Shown here: positions 41,615 through 56,553 of the stretch, one piece after another
How positions within the stretch are numbered: position 1 is the first letter of the stretch
Layout of the letters: each line of letters starts with the position of its first letter
NCBI GenBank assembly: GCA_951406725.2
Contig: OX597819.1
Coordinates: 116,312,001-116,376,000, forward strand
Source: Octopus vulgaris
Lineage: Eukaryota
Direction of reading: 5' to 3'
Length of the DNA stretch: 64,000 bases
Notes under the pieces: model-generated
What the model was told of the DNA's origin: nothing
What the model saw: the letters and a program-made list of their open reading frames with translations, nothing else
Databases searched by the model: none
Translations under genes and position numbers: made by a program

Positions 41615-41852
41615 GTGATGTTGGGGGGACAAACACAGAGACACAAACATTTACACATATACATATATATAAATATATTTATTCATATATACGACGGGCT
41701 TCTTTCAGTTTCCGCCTGCCAAATCCACTCAGAATGCTTTGGTCGGTGCGAGGCTTTAGTAGAAGACACTTGCCCAAGGTGCAACGGAGTGGGAATAAAC
41801 CCGGAAACATGGGGTTGGTAAGCAAGCTACTTACCACATAGCCACTCCTGCG
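41615..41852 (-). mobile_element. SINE group B, 5' half
   Basis: Homologous to the 19350 copy. Confidence 0.85.
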
Positions 41853-42684
41853 TCACTCAAACATAAATAGATATTACTAAATTCTGAAGGAAAATTTTGC
41901 TAGGTACTCAACCATTTCTGTTCCTTGCTTTCAGATATGAAAAAAACTGAAGTATCTCACCTAATGTTATTCACTTTAGTAGTTTAAATGTAATGTTTTC
42001 ACTTCCGGGTCAAGAAATACTGGATAAGCTATTCTGTCCCCTAATCTGCAGCAGTGAATTATATTATTTGGATATAGCTGCTCGCAGCTAAGTGAAATCG
42101 AACGTTGATCGGTAATAGATAAGAGGCAATAACGATTACAGGACATATCGTCTCGGTGACCCATTATCTTATCAACAAAGCAAACAGTTTTCAGTCTTTA
42201 TGAATGACTTGGATTGTGTATGAAACAGTTACAGAGACTAGGAAATCAATGATCAGAGAGATATTTCAATTAAAGAAAACGTATGTAAAAATATTACAAA
42301 GCCATTTTCCCGTTTTCGAAGCTACAGTAAATAACTCGGAAACAGTTATTTAGCTTTATATAGATTTTTTCTTGGTAGGGTTGCAGATCGGAAGAAATAA
42401 AACTACTATAATGATTGAAAATAAATCTACGTCCGAAGCACTTACAGAGTGAAATTGCTGGATTTTTATGGCATTCATTCCCATAACAAACACATTGGTA
42501 ATTAAAACTTCCTCAGTTTTATAGAGTAGCTCTCCTAACTATCAATTGTCCCACTAGACCAATAGCCAATATAGCATTAATGATATTTTTATGGTGCTAT
42601 CTTGAAACAGATATTAGATACCACATCGTTTCAACTTATTGCTTATCTCTTTGATTTTTTTTTGAAATCAGATTTTAATAATTC

Positions 42685-43035
42685 TGTCATCATAGTCATA
42701 ATCGTCGTCATCACTCCCATCATCATTATCCTCACCATCATCATCATCGTCGTCATCATCATCACATTCGTCGTCGTCGCAATCATCATCATCATCATCG
42801 TCATCACCATCACCATCACCACCACCTTCATCATCATCGTCGTCATCATCATCATATTCGTCGTTGTCGCAATCGTCATCATCATCATCGTCATCACCAT
42901 TACCATCACCACCACCTTCATCATCATCGTCGTCATCATCATCATCATATTCGTCGTCGTCGCAATCGTCATCATCATCATCGTCATCACCATCACCATC
43001 ACCACCACCACCACCATGATCATCATCACCAACAC

Positions 43036-43076
<41 letters not shown>

Positions 43077-43087
43077 CCATCGTCATC
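42685..43087. repeat. (CAT)n-derived array with a ~90-bp higher-order unit, about three copies
   Basis: Marker attcgtcgt(c/t)gtcgcaatc recurs three times. Confidence 0.85.
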
Positions 43088-44164
43088 TTTTCTGTCAGCT
43101 GCTCGCTATTACTTTTATATGTTCTACTTGATATAAATGCGAAGAAGGTGGTGATTTGATAGAACAAGAGAGTAAATATATTTATGCATACTATAACATT
43201 CTCTGTTCAAATCCTACTAAGTTCTTGTGTAACTTTCTTTTCTGCGGGAACCCTTAAAAAGCTCGCCACTTAATTATTATAACCTCTATCAGAATGTATG
43301 ATCATATTTCTACGTTACTTCAGTAAAGAGCGCTCTTCTCCTTCACTGTTTGGAATCATAGCTGTTATTATCATTCTTAGTTAGAATCGTTGATATTTCT
43401 CGTGAAACATCAACATCTAAATTATAAACCGCAGAAATTGAATGTGGAAACTATGAAAGCAATAACATGAATGCAATGTAAGCCCACCACGTAATAGAAA
43501 ATCGAAATAGAAGGCACAAGTGTAAAGAGTTAAAATATCATGCAGAAAATCATTTGGAAATAACAACGCAAAACTAAAGGGGAAGTGTGAATCACACAAA
43601 AACGCCATCAGATCCTGTGATAAAATAAATTTCTTTTTACAGTTTGCAAACTGAAAGGGAACAGAGGTTACAACATTTTATTCATTTTGTTCACAGTTTA
43701 ATCTCCTCTGTTGTTCTGAAACAGAAACAAAATGGATAAAATGAATGCTTATATCCAAATACTGTATTAATAAAAACGATATTTTCATATAGCCCTTCAC
43801 ATAAAGCAAAGAGCAAAATCATGGGTGGTTCGTCCAATATCTTTAAACAATCATCATTCAGGGACATTTGGAGTGGGATGGGCTACTCGACCAGAAGAAA
43901 ATTCTAACTGGGCCTCACCTGCAAGGTCATACACTGTTTATCTTGATAACGAACCACCCATGATTTTGAAATACATTCCTATTAAAAATCCCTTCCATAA
44001 ATGGGACAAATGTGACATCCCATATATAACATTGGCATGAACTAATCTGCAGAAGCTCTTTACGGATGACGTATATAAGGAACAGCTATGCCTTGTACTT
44101 TGTGACACTTTGAAACAGAAGTAAATTTCCTTATGCGATGCGAAAGATAAGTAACTTAACAATA

Positions 44165-44310
44165 TCAACATTATTTTCATTTGACAGATATCTGTCCTTA
44201 TCTTATTTGTTGTTCACACAACGTTTCGGCTGATATACCCTCCAGCCTTCATCAGGTGTCTTGGAGAAATTTCGAACCTGGGTTCTCATTCCTAAGGTAT
44301 TTTTCGATGC
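44165..44310 (-). mobile_element. Body of the tRNA/(TAA)n/hammerhead element (third copy)
   Basis: Homologous to 32241-32387 and 32640-32790, adjacent to (TTA)n. Confidence 0.8.
44216..44259 (-). ncRNA. Type-I hammerhead ribozyme, intact
   Basis: ACAC-CTGATGA-A-GGCTG(GAGGGTATAT)CAGCC-GAAAC-GTT|GTGT. Confidence 0.8.
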
Positions 44311-44318
44311 TCTTGTTG

Positions 44319-44403
<85 letters not shown>

Positions 44404-44404
<1 letters not shown>

Positions 44405-44595
44405 GAGTAAGAGAGCAGTGCATGCCATCAAAGTGACACGACACTGGGGTAGAATATACGAAGCCCAGTATACCCATCATGACTACCCAGGCACATACAT
44501 CACAACCATATGTGCGCGACATGGTGATCTCATATCAAGATGAACAGAGGATGAATTTGCAGGTGGGGCCCAGTTGGAATTTTCTTCTGGTCGAG

Positions 44596-44597
<2 letters not shown>
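44404..44597 (-). mobile_element. 3' end of the (TAA)n-tailed retroposon seen at 1566-2100
   Basis: Reverse-complement match to ~1900-2100, with its tail running into (TTA)n. Confidence 0.8.
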
Positions 44598-44642
<45 letters not shown>

Positions 44643-44670
44643 ATAATAATAATAATAATAATAATAATAT

Positions 44671-46211
44671 CACCGGGGAATATAAAATTGGTGCCTGCGA
44701 TATACCATTTTCATAGGTAGGTTTTGGTCTCTGATTCTAAATATGCCATTATTTCTTTTCCATCATTCCTGGTTACTTAGATATAATAATCCCTTAATTT
44801 CAATGCATACGATCGACCGAAAACTAACGCTGAATACTATGAATCATCATTTTTGCCTTCAGGATTAATGAAACGAATTCATACATGTAGATTTAATTTC
44901 TTTATGAAAAATCTACATCAAGCAATTATATAATAATTAAACAAGCATAGGAAGCTGTCATTGATACACTGTTCATTTACTCAGATACCTCACAAAAGTG
45001 GCACTTTAGGGACTTCTTGCGGTGAACTGCGCCATGGCAATCACTTTAAATAGACCAGCAGTAATCTACCATCACGTGGGATAACGGTGTCCCTGGTATC
45101 TTTCTTCCATAGTTCTTAAATCCTGGTGGAATCCTTCATCCTGTTCTTCGCTTAGTTCACCAAGGTTTTCTGGGAAACGATCCAACTTTTACAGCCAAGT
45201 TGATAGAAAGAAGACAACATTCTCTCTACTAACTTAGAGTAATTATCTGCCTTATAATTCCCAAGAAAAATCTGTACAACCATGGTGAAAGAAGACCATC
45301 CATCTGTCTCAGCATTGTTCATTGCTTGGTAGATATTGTGACATACCCATTTTCTTCTGCAAGTTTTGAACGTTGTTGCAAAACCGAAATCACTTTTCTC
45401 CTATAAGAACGGCAGCAAATCCCTTTCTGTATTATGTAATTTTGGTTTCCGGATGCAATAACACCTCTGCAAGTCTAGACGCCAGCAGTGTTGCTGATTT
45501 CTTTGAGGGATTTAGCTCCCTAACGAGCTCTGGGTGATTAAACACTTGTGTCAGTGATGAAGTCCCTTCGAAATCACTGGCATCATGACTTCTGTTTACA
45601 GGTGAAGAACAAGATTAATCTTCAAAGAGCTCTTCTAAATTAATGAATGATGGGACTGATATATCATCTGAGTGTACAACAGGTCCTATTACCGATTCTA
45701 AGTAAGGGTACATCCATTTACTCCAATTACGTCCATTAATACCCGTTAGGTTAACCAGTCAGAAGTAACAATCTTCACTGTGATTCCTCTGCTCTCTCCA
45801 CACCATAGGTATACCACATTTCAGACATTTCCTCGTATCATTCGTCCTCTCTCGAAGATGTCCAATGCAATTTTTACAGATAAAGTGTGGAACCCATATC
45901 TTATCTTGGACGCCTAGTTTTATTTTGAAATGGCTTACGTATGCTCTTTTCCCAAAATCAGGAATGGATTTTTCTGTTCTCTGAATGTATATTCAAATGT
46001 TTGTCAAATACATTACAGACCATCTCTAATTCTATAATACCCTTGTCGGCGGCCTATCCTAATTTCATGTGTTGGTAGCTGTACATTATTTCAAAAAGTA
46101 GAGCTCCTAGAAAGAAATGAAGGGCATATTCTTATTCAGAGGATTCAGTCTACTTAAAATCAGGTCTAAAACCTGAGGCACCCAATGTATTTTTTCATTT
46201 GTTCTTCAGTG
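44671..46211 (-). mobile_element. Chapaev3-like (CMC) DNA transposon relic
   Basis: CAC...GTG termini with imperfect TIRs (ggtgcc motif). Remnants WVPHFICKNC, GIPMVWREQRNHSEDCYF and FPENLGELSEEQDEGFHQDLRTMEERYQG. Confidence 0.75.
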
Positions 46212-46213
46212 TC

Positions 46214-46890
<677 letters not shown>

Positions 46891-46943
46891 AATAATAATA
46901 ATAATAATAATAATGATAATAATAATGATAATAATAATGAGGA

Positions 46944-47031
<88 letters not shown>

Positions 47032-47034
47032 TTC

Positions 47035-47212
47035 AGATTTTGGCAAAGTCCAGCAATTTCAGGGAAGGCGATTAGTAAATTAGACCGACCCTAGTGGTTA
47101 GCTGGTACTTATTTTATCGATCCTGAAAGGACGAAATGCAATATCGACCTCGGCGGAATTTGACCTCAGATCGTGGAGACGAGACGGACGATATACCGCA
47201 AAGCATTTTGCC
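47035..47212 (-). mobile_element. SINE group C fragment
   Basis: Nin-like core present. Confidence 0.7.
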
Positions 47213-47419
47213 TAAGTCCACACATTGGAGAGAAATGACTACATTGATCGCAGTACTTGACTAGTTCCTTGTAATTTTTTATATATCCTCTAACGGAAGA
47301 ATCGAACTCATACTTGACCTTTGCTGGATTTAACATCAGTGACCTTAAATAGGAGGAATAAATTTCGCAATGCATTTTATTGGAATGCTCCAACTATTCT
47401 TTCAACTCACCTTGCTAGT

Positions 47420-47498
47420 CGCCATCGCCGTCGGCGTCCTCCTTCTCCTCCACCACCGCCAACTCTATCACCTCTACCACTGCCACCTCCACAGCTAT

Positions 47499-47549
<51 letters not shown>

Positions 47550-47653
47550 CACCACTACTACTACTACCACCACCACCACCACTACTACTACTTCTACCAC
47601 CACCACTACTACTACTACTACTTCTACCACCATCACCACTACTACTACTACTT

Positions 47654-47713
<60 letters not shown>

Positions 47714-47742
47714 ATAATAATAATAACAATAATGATAATAAC

Positions 47743-47789
<47 letters not shown>

Positions 47790-47856
47790 TAATAATAATA
47801 ATAATGATAATAACAATAATAATAATAATAATAATAATAACAATAATGATAATAAC

Positions 47857-47921
<65 letters not shown>

Positions 47922-47930
47922 TAATAGCAA
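47420..47930. repeat. Compound (CAC)/(TAC)/(TAA) trinucleotide array
   Basis: Seen directly. Confidence 0.95.
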
Positions 47931-50214
47931 TACTCATAGGGGTAATGTAACAGTAACTATTGATCTTTTTTCCCCCCCGTTTTACATTATGATGTGATAT
48001 TTAATATTTCCCATTCCTACCTTCTTTTGCAAACTTAACCAAAAATCGTTCAAGAAAATATTGTATTTTTTTTCTCTCGAGAGAACGAGCTGAGCTTAAT
48101 TGTCTTTTTAGAAGATAAACCTCGCCGCATATAATTGCCTTTCCTTACTCTATTAAGTGGAACACTAATAAATCTATCATAGCTGAACATGATGTTAACG
48201 TATCCATCGCTGAAGATTAGATGCGACTACGTGAAACGTTATGAATATGTATGCATGCGCATTTCCACTACAAGTGGCTATATGTTGCCGAATGCGTGTC
48301 CGTATGTTTCTATGTGTGAGCTTATTTCTGTGTATGTCATTGTATGATCATTTGAATGTGTGTTGACATGATGTTTATTTCTTACTTGCTGTATGTGCAA
48401 GCGTTCGTGCTCGTACCTCTTGTTTAGGAAATACAATTTTTGCTTTAAAGCCCTCTTTACATGAACTTTGCATGAGCGATCATTAAATATTTCAGCATTA
48501 GTTTAGAGCAATCGATTGAAAAGGAATACGAGGATGGAGAAGGGAATGACAAGGACATTTACTTCCAATTGATAAAACACGCCACGGGGAATATATTTGC
48601 TCATTTCTGATGCATATGAAACTGCGTATTTTTAGCAGACAACGAAATAGTTATCTTGATAGAGAGGGTGATAGAGACATTGAGAGAGTCAATGATACAA
48701 CTACAATGATAAGGCGATACATGCCCAAAGAAGGAAATAGATATAGAGAAAGGTGAAATGAGAAAGAGAGAGAATGGAGAAAGAGTGAGAAAAGAACAGT
48801 AAGAGATAGATAGATAAATAAATAGATTAATTGGGAAGAGAGAGAGAGAGAGGGGGGGCAGGGACAGAGAGGGGATGTAAGAGGGGGAGAGAATACTTAG
48901 GAGATGTTAATAGTTCGTGAATATATATATTATCATAATGTTTTTTTTTTCTATTGCAAGCAATGTTATACACTCTAAGTATGTAATCCACAGAAAATCC
49001 ACTTGTAAACATGGATTCTGAATAGATACTAATTGAATGTATGCATCGAATCATAGTCGAACAGGCTTCCCCGATTCTTCTTGGAATCAATTATGTACAA
49101 GACATTAAGTTTTGATAATATTATGATCAAATCTATTTCTACAGTTTACCGAGATATTAATGAACTTCCTGGAAAATTATAAAAGTTTATCTTACTGAAC
49201 GGATGTATTTTGATTATAAAGTAAACTCCGAGATCAATAAGAGGAAGGGGCCAAATGCGATGATGTAATGTTTATGCAGTTCCCTAAAGACACAAAATCG
49301 AAATACACCATAGTAGGTCCTATTCACAGTTTTTTCGCCGGATTTAACATAAGCCATGACGCGAATATAGTGTATCAATAACGCAATTTGGGCCAATGCA
49401 AGAGTATCGGCAAGGATCGACTACTGCTAGAAATAGCAGCTACATATCCCTAATAAGTTGGAAAGGTTTGTACGCATATGGAACGTTGACTAAGATAAAA
49501 TATGATGAAAAAGCACACTGATTGCAAGTGTTAAATGTTACTAAGAAATTCTTACTTTGATAAAAGCTGATCTGAAGTCAGTAAACAATAGGAACTTGTT
49601 TATGTCTTACAGTCATATAGATTTCACAGGTGCGAATGACTCAGTCAGTATTAATAGGAATTAATCAAAGGAAGCAAATATACAAAACAAAGAAAAAACT
49701 GCCGAAAGACAAAATGAAAGACAAGAAAGAAGAACAATGAGGGAAATAATCAATTCAACTCCAAGTGCCTGAATTGGTCGCACACAACAACGTTCAACGG
49801 AACCTATTGAAACAAGTCTACTAAAGTAAGCTCGCAGCGTTACCACGGGCAAAGGCGAGGTTAATGCGTTGCAACAGCCAAGCACCTTCACCGGCCTCCA
49901 CAGACACCTCGGTTAGGCAAGCAGCGAAGAATTACAAGAACCTCGCCCAGCTCCTCCAAATGTCTCAAACGCCACAGGCTGGAAGAGATTGCAAGGAAAT
50001 TATTATGAAAAGTGGCGGTTCACTGGGGTTTTATTATCTTGCGTGATTTGAATTCATAAGCAAAGCGAACTGTTAGGACTAAACAGTTTAGAAATGTTTT
50101 CATTTAGCTATCTTGTCGCCCATCATGTCGGCTAAATTTGAAAGTAATCAATGCTAATTATTTTAGTGCGCAATCAAATAAATATCATCAAACGCTTGTT
50201 CGTTTAATAATGAT

Positions 50215-50961
50215 TTCTAATTTTAGTAGAATGCCAGAATCTTTGGGGGAGGATTTAAGACGATTAGATTGATCCCCCGTACTCAACTGGTACTTATTTT
50301 AGGGACCTCAAAAAAAATAAAAGGCAAAGTTAGCCTCGGTATTTGAACTGAGATCGTAAAGACTGATGAAATACAGGCTGAGAATTCTCCTGACGTGCTA
50401 ACGATTTTGCCAGCTCACCGCCTAGTTTGTTCATTCAATAATTAATTCTAGTTTAGGCACAAGGAGGAAGGGAGTTAGTCGATTATATCGACACCAGTGC
50501 GTAACTCGTACTCATTTAATCGATCCCGAAAGGATGAAAGGCAAAGTCAATTCCAGTGCGTAAGTGGTACTTATTTAATCGATCCCGAAAGGATGAAAGG
50601 CAAAGTCGACTCCAGTGCGTAAGTGGTACTTATTTAATCGATTCCGAAAGGATAAAAGGCAGAGTCGACCCTGGCGGAATTAGAACTCAGAACATTCTGA
50701 GTGCAAACTATTCTGCCAGCTCACCGACTTCATTTAATTAATAATAATCATTTCTACTCAAGGCACAAAGCCTGAAATTCTGGGGTCACGGACTAGTCGA
50801 TTACATCGACTCCAATGTTTCACTGGTACTTAATTTATCGTCACCGAAAGGATGAAAGGCAAAGTCGACCTCAGCTGAATTGGAACTCAGAACGTAGCGA
50901 CGGGCGAAATACCGGTAAGCATTTCGTCTGTATTGTTAATGAGTCTGCCAGCTCACCGCCT
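50215..50961 (-). mobile_element. Three tandem SINE group C copies; the middle one has a triplicated 59-bp core
   Basis: Copies at ~50215-50425, 50455-50727 and 50752-50961. ccagtgcgtaa starts at 50494, 50553 and 50612. Confidence 0.85.
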
Positions 50962-50968
50962 TGGTTCA

Positions 50969-51026
<58 letters not shown>

Positions 51027-51030
<4 letters not shown>

Positions 51031-52090
51031 TTTGCTATTGATCTCGTGCAGGATACCCAAACTGAACAACCCGAGGGAAGTACGGCAGCTATTGTTGCTA
51101 AGAAGGTGAAAATGATGGCAACGAAAAAAGCGCACGAGCAATTGGCTGATAGGTGGGAGGAGAAACCTCTGCACGGCAAATATGTGACCCGCAGCAAACA
51201 AGCTGATGTTGACCAGAAGCAAACCCATCAGTGGCTACGGAGCCCAGGGCTAAAAGCAGAGAGCGAAGGTTTCATCCTGGCTGCTCAAGATCAAAGCCTA
51301 TTAACCCGGAACTACCAGGCCAATGTGATGAAAAATGGAGCAGACCCAAAATACCGATTCTGCAACGACATGATTGAAACAGTGGACCACCTAATCTCTG
51401 GATGTAAAGTCTTAGCACCAGTGGAGTATAAATTAAGACATGACAGAGTTGGCCAATATCTACACTGGCTAATAAGTCGGCATTACAATATCAAAACTGC
51501 CGACAAGTGGTATAATCACCACCCTGAGGCTGTAACTGAAGGAGAAAATGTAACCATTCTGTGGGACTTTCCAGTACATACAGACTGAACCATCAAGGCC
51601 AATAAACCAGATATTGTTGTGAAAGACCAAAACAATAAAATTTTCTTATTGATCGACATGAGCATCCCCTGTGATCATAATATCTCAGCGAAAGAGTTTG
51701 ACAAGCTCAGAAAATATAAAGACCTACTCATTGAAATTGAGAAAATGTGGCATCTCAAGGCGGTTACAATACCAGTGATCGTAGGATCACTAGGAATGAT
51801 CAAGAAGGGAACCGAAAATTATATGAGAATGATCCCTGGCTTACCATCCCTGCAAGAAGTGCAAAGGATTGTCTTAACTGGTACATCACACGTATTGAGA
51901 AGAGCATTGTCGATGTGAGAACTGTTGCTGCTCATGTATTTTAATTTAACTTAAAAAAAAAAAAAAAAATGAACGATCTATTGAGTTTGGTTTAATGGCC
52001 TACCAATGTATACTATGAGTTTCTTTGCCCTAGGAGTCGGGAAGACACTCGGCATGAAATGGAAGCAAATTTGAAAGAAGAAAAATAAAA

Positions 52091-52091
<1 letters not shown>
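51027..52091 (+). mobile_element. R4/Dong-like LINE, 5'-truncated, reading frame nearly intact
   Basis: ORFs 51046-51588 and 51619-51918 are in frame, split by one TGA where the 1-1547 copy has Arg. GFILAAQDQ, RHD, NKPDIVV, KYKDL. (TAA)n on both flanks. Confidence 0.92.
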
Positions 52092-52125
<34 letters not shown>

Positions 52126-52371
52126 TATACAGAGTATTGTTGCAATCATTGGTGATTGTAATCTGTTACTAAAAAGGACCCGTCAATACAATTAGCTTTC
52201 AGAGGAAAATATAAAAAAAAGAAATTAGTTTTCTCTTCTGGAAACGGAATCTAAACTAAGATGAGAGTTTTTATATATATCTGAGAGTGTTTATATATGT
52301 GTGCGTGAAGGTGTGCGTGTATGTGTGCGCGTGTGTGTATAATGTTTGTGTGAGTGAATGGGTATATGCTT

Positions 52372-52579
52372 CTTATTTCTTTATTGCCCACAGGGGGCTA
52401 AACATAAAGGGGACAAACAAGGAGAGACAGGCGGATTAACTGGTACTTAATTTATCGACGCTGAAAGGATGAAAGGCAAAATCGACCTCGGCGGAATTTG
52501 AACTCAGAACGTAGCGGCAGAAGAAACCCCACTAAGCATTTCATCCGGCGTGCTAACGACACTGCCAGCTCGCCGCCTT
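52372..52579 (-). mobile_element. SINE group C
   Basis: Head ggcggcgagctggcag, B box gagttcaaattcc, tail aataaagaaata. Confidence 0.85.
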
Positions 52580-52899
52580 ATGGCGAATGTGTGTATGCTT
52601 GTAAGGATGTATGCTTCTATGGATGTGTGCGGGCACGTATGCCCGCGTGTATATATATACATGCATGCATACTCATACACACACATATAATAATTCAAAG
52701 AATGAAATAAATCTCACACAAAGCCCTCCACCAAGTACAAAAAGAAAAAGAATGCCGATAGTTGATGTAAGGATAAAGATTCGCGTCGCTCTAAAAATCT
52801 TGGCAGTACAACTGTGAAAATAATGTATAAATATATATATATATATATATATAGCTACGTACGTACACACACACACACACACATGTACACATATAAATA

Positions 52900-52968
52900 C
52901 TCTCTTCTTTACTCTTACTATTTTACTTGTTTCAGTCATTTGACTGTGGCCATACTGGAGCACCGCCT
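52900..52968 (-). mobile_element. SINE group B 3' fragment
   Basis: ttacttgtttcagtcatttgactgtggccatactggagcaccgcc. Confidence 0.75.
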
Positions 52969-53046
52969 CGACGCTTCAGTGATTATTTATTAAAATGTTC
53001 TTCCTTACGAAGGAAATATTTATAAATAAACATACTGAAATACATA

Positions 53047-53110
<64 letters not shown>

Positions 53111-54836
53111 TATGTGTTCGATTGATAATTGTGTATGTGTATCAACTATCATTCCTAGAGCAAACACAAAACTCTTTATTAACAATTTTCTGACATAACT
53201 CGCCCGAAACAGTGATAATTTTTAATGTATGCCTAGTTACAATAGATGCATTAATTAAGTTTATATTTATCTACGAAAAGCTGCATCTCTCTGTGTAATG
53301 CCTCGGAGAAATATGCCTCTTTAATAATGGTAATGATATATTTTGACTTGATTCAAAGTTAGAAACTTCATAGCGAACACATGATTCCAATACTTAACGA
53401 ACGATCAAAAAGATACCGAATCTAAATTATATATAATTAAAATGCTACATACTGCTATTTTCTTTAATCACTTATCTTTATAAGCTGTGAATTTATGTAT
53501 CTTCTATATTTAATTATTTTGTTCTATAAGACAAATTTGTACTTTGATACTGTAAATGGTAATAAAAGAATTTTATTCAGTTCAAATTTATTTTATCTGC
53601 TTAGACATAATAGACAAGATACAATAATAATTGCAAGATTTGTTTTTAAAATTACCTGTTATAGATTTATTTCATTATCATGAAATCGATTGAACCAAGT
53701 GCGCTGCCTATGATTTTATATGTGAAATAAAGTTATTAAACATTAATATAAAACCCAGAAGCATTTCAATCCTTTGCCAAGAAGCATTTCATCATTTACA
53801 TTAATGCATAATATATGTCGTTGGAATAGCTTTGCTTTATTCGTGATCAAAATACTTAGGTTCTGTTGCTTCTGCTTATACTCCTGCGTAGAGACTAGCC
53901 TGGGTACATAGTTTACCGTGATGCAGAAGTTTAATTTGTTTCGAGATGACGAACATACATACGTACACGTTGCCAACAAGAACAATAATGTACCACAATG
54001 CATTAGATACCTCGTGGATTCTATAAGCCTTCACCGAGCATCCAATTCCTCTACAACAGCACCCATTGAACTATAACGATTATAAAGCGGCTTATTTTCA
54101 ATAATCCCAAGATGCAAACAGACCATAACTCATACACCAACCACAAAATGAAGCGAACTAAAAATACAACACTTGAATATTCAAGGGGTATATTTTGTTA
54201 TATCAAACTCTAACTCTAAACAAAACAGATCCTACGAACATATTCAAATTCATTTAGGAACGAAGCTAAAAGGTTATATCCACGAAGGATCAGATACATC
54301 TTTAACATTATTATATTACTGATCAACGCTACCTCACTCAGTCTAAATAAACATAGCCACACAAATAACTATGGTATCATCAGTAGAGTTTCAGGAGCCT
54401 AGAATACTCTTTTGGCAATGAACATGACACAAAATGAATTTAGATGAACAGTGACATTGAACTATGAATGAGGTCACATTGGCTTTCTCCAATAAGGCCA
54501 CCTACAAAATGGAAAGATCTTTAAATCAGAAGGGGTGATGGAACGTCTATATGTTCAGTCAGCCATGCTGTATCACATGGTATGTATCAAATTGGTCGGC
54601 ATCTACACAGGTTGGGTGGGGAAGTATTTTCTAGTACGGCTGGTATCCTGTAGAATTGCTGGGCGATATAGCAATAACAGCAACATATCAATTGTCACGT
54701 GATTAATGTTCCGAAATCATTACAGATCTGGTACCATTTTGTGAACAGATGTTCAATAGATTGGTTTATCGACGTTCAGAGTTGTTAACTATTGAAAACC
54801 TCAACTCTTATTATGATACTGAAAATTATATACAAA

Positions 54837-55000
54837 TAGGCGTAGGAGTGGCTGTGTGGTAAGTAGCTTACTTACCAACCACATGGTTCCGGGTTCAGTC
54901 CCACTGCGTGGCACCTTGGGCAAGTGTCTTCTACTATAGCCTCGGGCCGACCAAAGCCTTGTCACTGGATTTGGTAGACGGAAACTGAAAGAAGCCCGTC

Positions 55001-55056
<56 letters not shown>

Positions 55057-55283
55057 TTATGTGTGTGTGTGTGTGTGTATGTTTGTGTTTGTCCCCCCCA
55101 ACTTCGCTTGACAACCGATGCTGGTGTGTTTACGTCCCCGTAACTTAGCGGTTCGGCAAAAGAGACCGATAGAATAAGTACTAGGCTTACTAAGAATAAG
55201 TCATGGGGTCGATTTGATCGACTAAAAAGGTGGTGCTCCAGCATGGCCACAGTCAAATGACTGAACCAAGTAAAAGAGTAAAG
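54837..55283 (+). mobile_element. SINE group B, full length, the only plus-strand copy
   Basis: taggcgtaggagtggctgtgtgg...gtaaaagagtaaagag. Confidence 0.92.
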
Positions 55284-55325
55284 AGAAACTGTTACGTTAA
55301 AAAAATTAAAAAATAGAATTATGTT

Positions 55326-55359
<34 letters not shown>

Positions 55360-55452
55360 TATGTATATGTGTGTGTGTATATGTATGTGTTTATGTGTGT
55401 AGTGTGTATATAATACATACACACATACATAACACATACATACATACATACA

Positions 55453-55509
<57 letters not shown>

Positions 55510-55589
55510 GTATGAGTAATTTTTCAACGTGTACAAATAACACGGAAAAAATAAATAGTTACCAGGGTAGCAAAAATTCACATAAGTGC

Positions 55590-56380
55590 TAAGGATGTTA
55601 CAGCCTACTTATAAAGGTAAAAATTCTAGGATTTAGGGAAACGTTTACGTATGACGTAAATAAATTAAGAAGTGTAGTTAAACGCGGGTGTTATTAAGAT
55701 CTTTATACTTCCAACATATGTTTCGAAGAAACCATTATTATTCCTGAGTGAATGAAATGGTGTAAAACAATGTAATCATCTCATCAGGAAAACAAGAGAA
55801 ACAAAACACATCAAAAGTCATTTTAACTCAATGTGATTACCGCGTGTATGATGAAGGGAACGCTGGCAAGTTATTTCTAAAAATAAAATGTTAATAAATT
55901 TATCGTCAAAGGCAATTTAGAGAAAGAGAAGAAGAAATTAACAGAAAATTAAAAGTGGAGAAAAATAGACGGGTAGAAATAAAACTTAAAGGCGTGTAAA
56001 TAAATATATGTAGTTGGAATGAAATGTAAGAAGACAGATAAAAGTCGAATTTTATAGATTGGTAGGAAATTATGGTATGTTTTTGCCAATGTTTGCAATG
56101 TTAAACGCGTTCGTTGAACGTGTTTACAAGAGAATACTCCGAGAACAAGATGAGATAAAGTTCTTCGTTACAAAGCAGACAAAGGGATTTATCTTTATCA
56201 TATGGAAAGGATCTAGATAGATATTCCATTCCAAATCAAATTGAATATCATGTTCCTTAAGAGACCAAATTAAATTACTAAACCCAATATTGTTGCGTTT
56301 ATTGATATGTGTAAATGCAGAGTAATGGTGAGATATTCTTTTTTGACAACTGACATGAAGAACTACATGTGTAAAAACAA
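55590..56380 (-). mobile_element. Penelope-like element 3' fragment (Naiad-like GIY-YIG C-terminus and hammerhead)
   Basis: RISHHYSAF...SNLIWSLKEHDIQFDLEWNI...PY...CLLCNEE...LVN...CKH, followed by the hammerhead at 55709-55791. Confidence 0.8.
55709..55791 (-). ncRNA. Type-I hammerhead ribozyme, extended stem II
   Basis: TTTC-CTGATGA-GA...TC-GAAAC-ATAT-GTT|GGAA. Palindromic stem III ACATATGT. Confidence 0.7.
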
Positions 56381-56518
56381 GACATCAGAACCAGAAGGAA
56401 TTTTACATTGATAATCAGAGCTTATCAATGAAGAACAAACACAAAAAACAACAAAGTGAGGACGTGGTAAAAGTAAAGTATTATCAGACGCTCAGGGGGG
56501 GGGGGGGAAAGAAAGTTG

Positions 56519-56553
56519 GTTTTACGTTTCGAGCAAAGCTCTTCTTCAGAAAC
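56519..56553 (-). ncRNA. Minimal type-I hammerhead ribozyme, intact, inside PLE fragment ~56420-56590
   Basis: GTTT-CTGAAGA-A-GAGC(TTT)GCTC-GAAAC-GTA|AAAC. Confidence 0.8.

Noticed and set aside
42602-43167. Poly-Ile and poly-Met ORFs resembling membrane proteins
   Set aside because: (CAT)n repeat translations.
47321-47950. Poly-Leu/Ile/Ser ORFs
   Set aside because: Trinucleotide repeat translations.
50494-50670. Regular direct repeats suggestive of CRISPR
   Set aside because: No unique spacers and no cas genes. It is a SINE-internal tandem in eukaryotic DNA.
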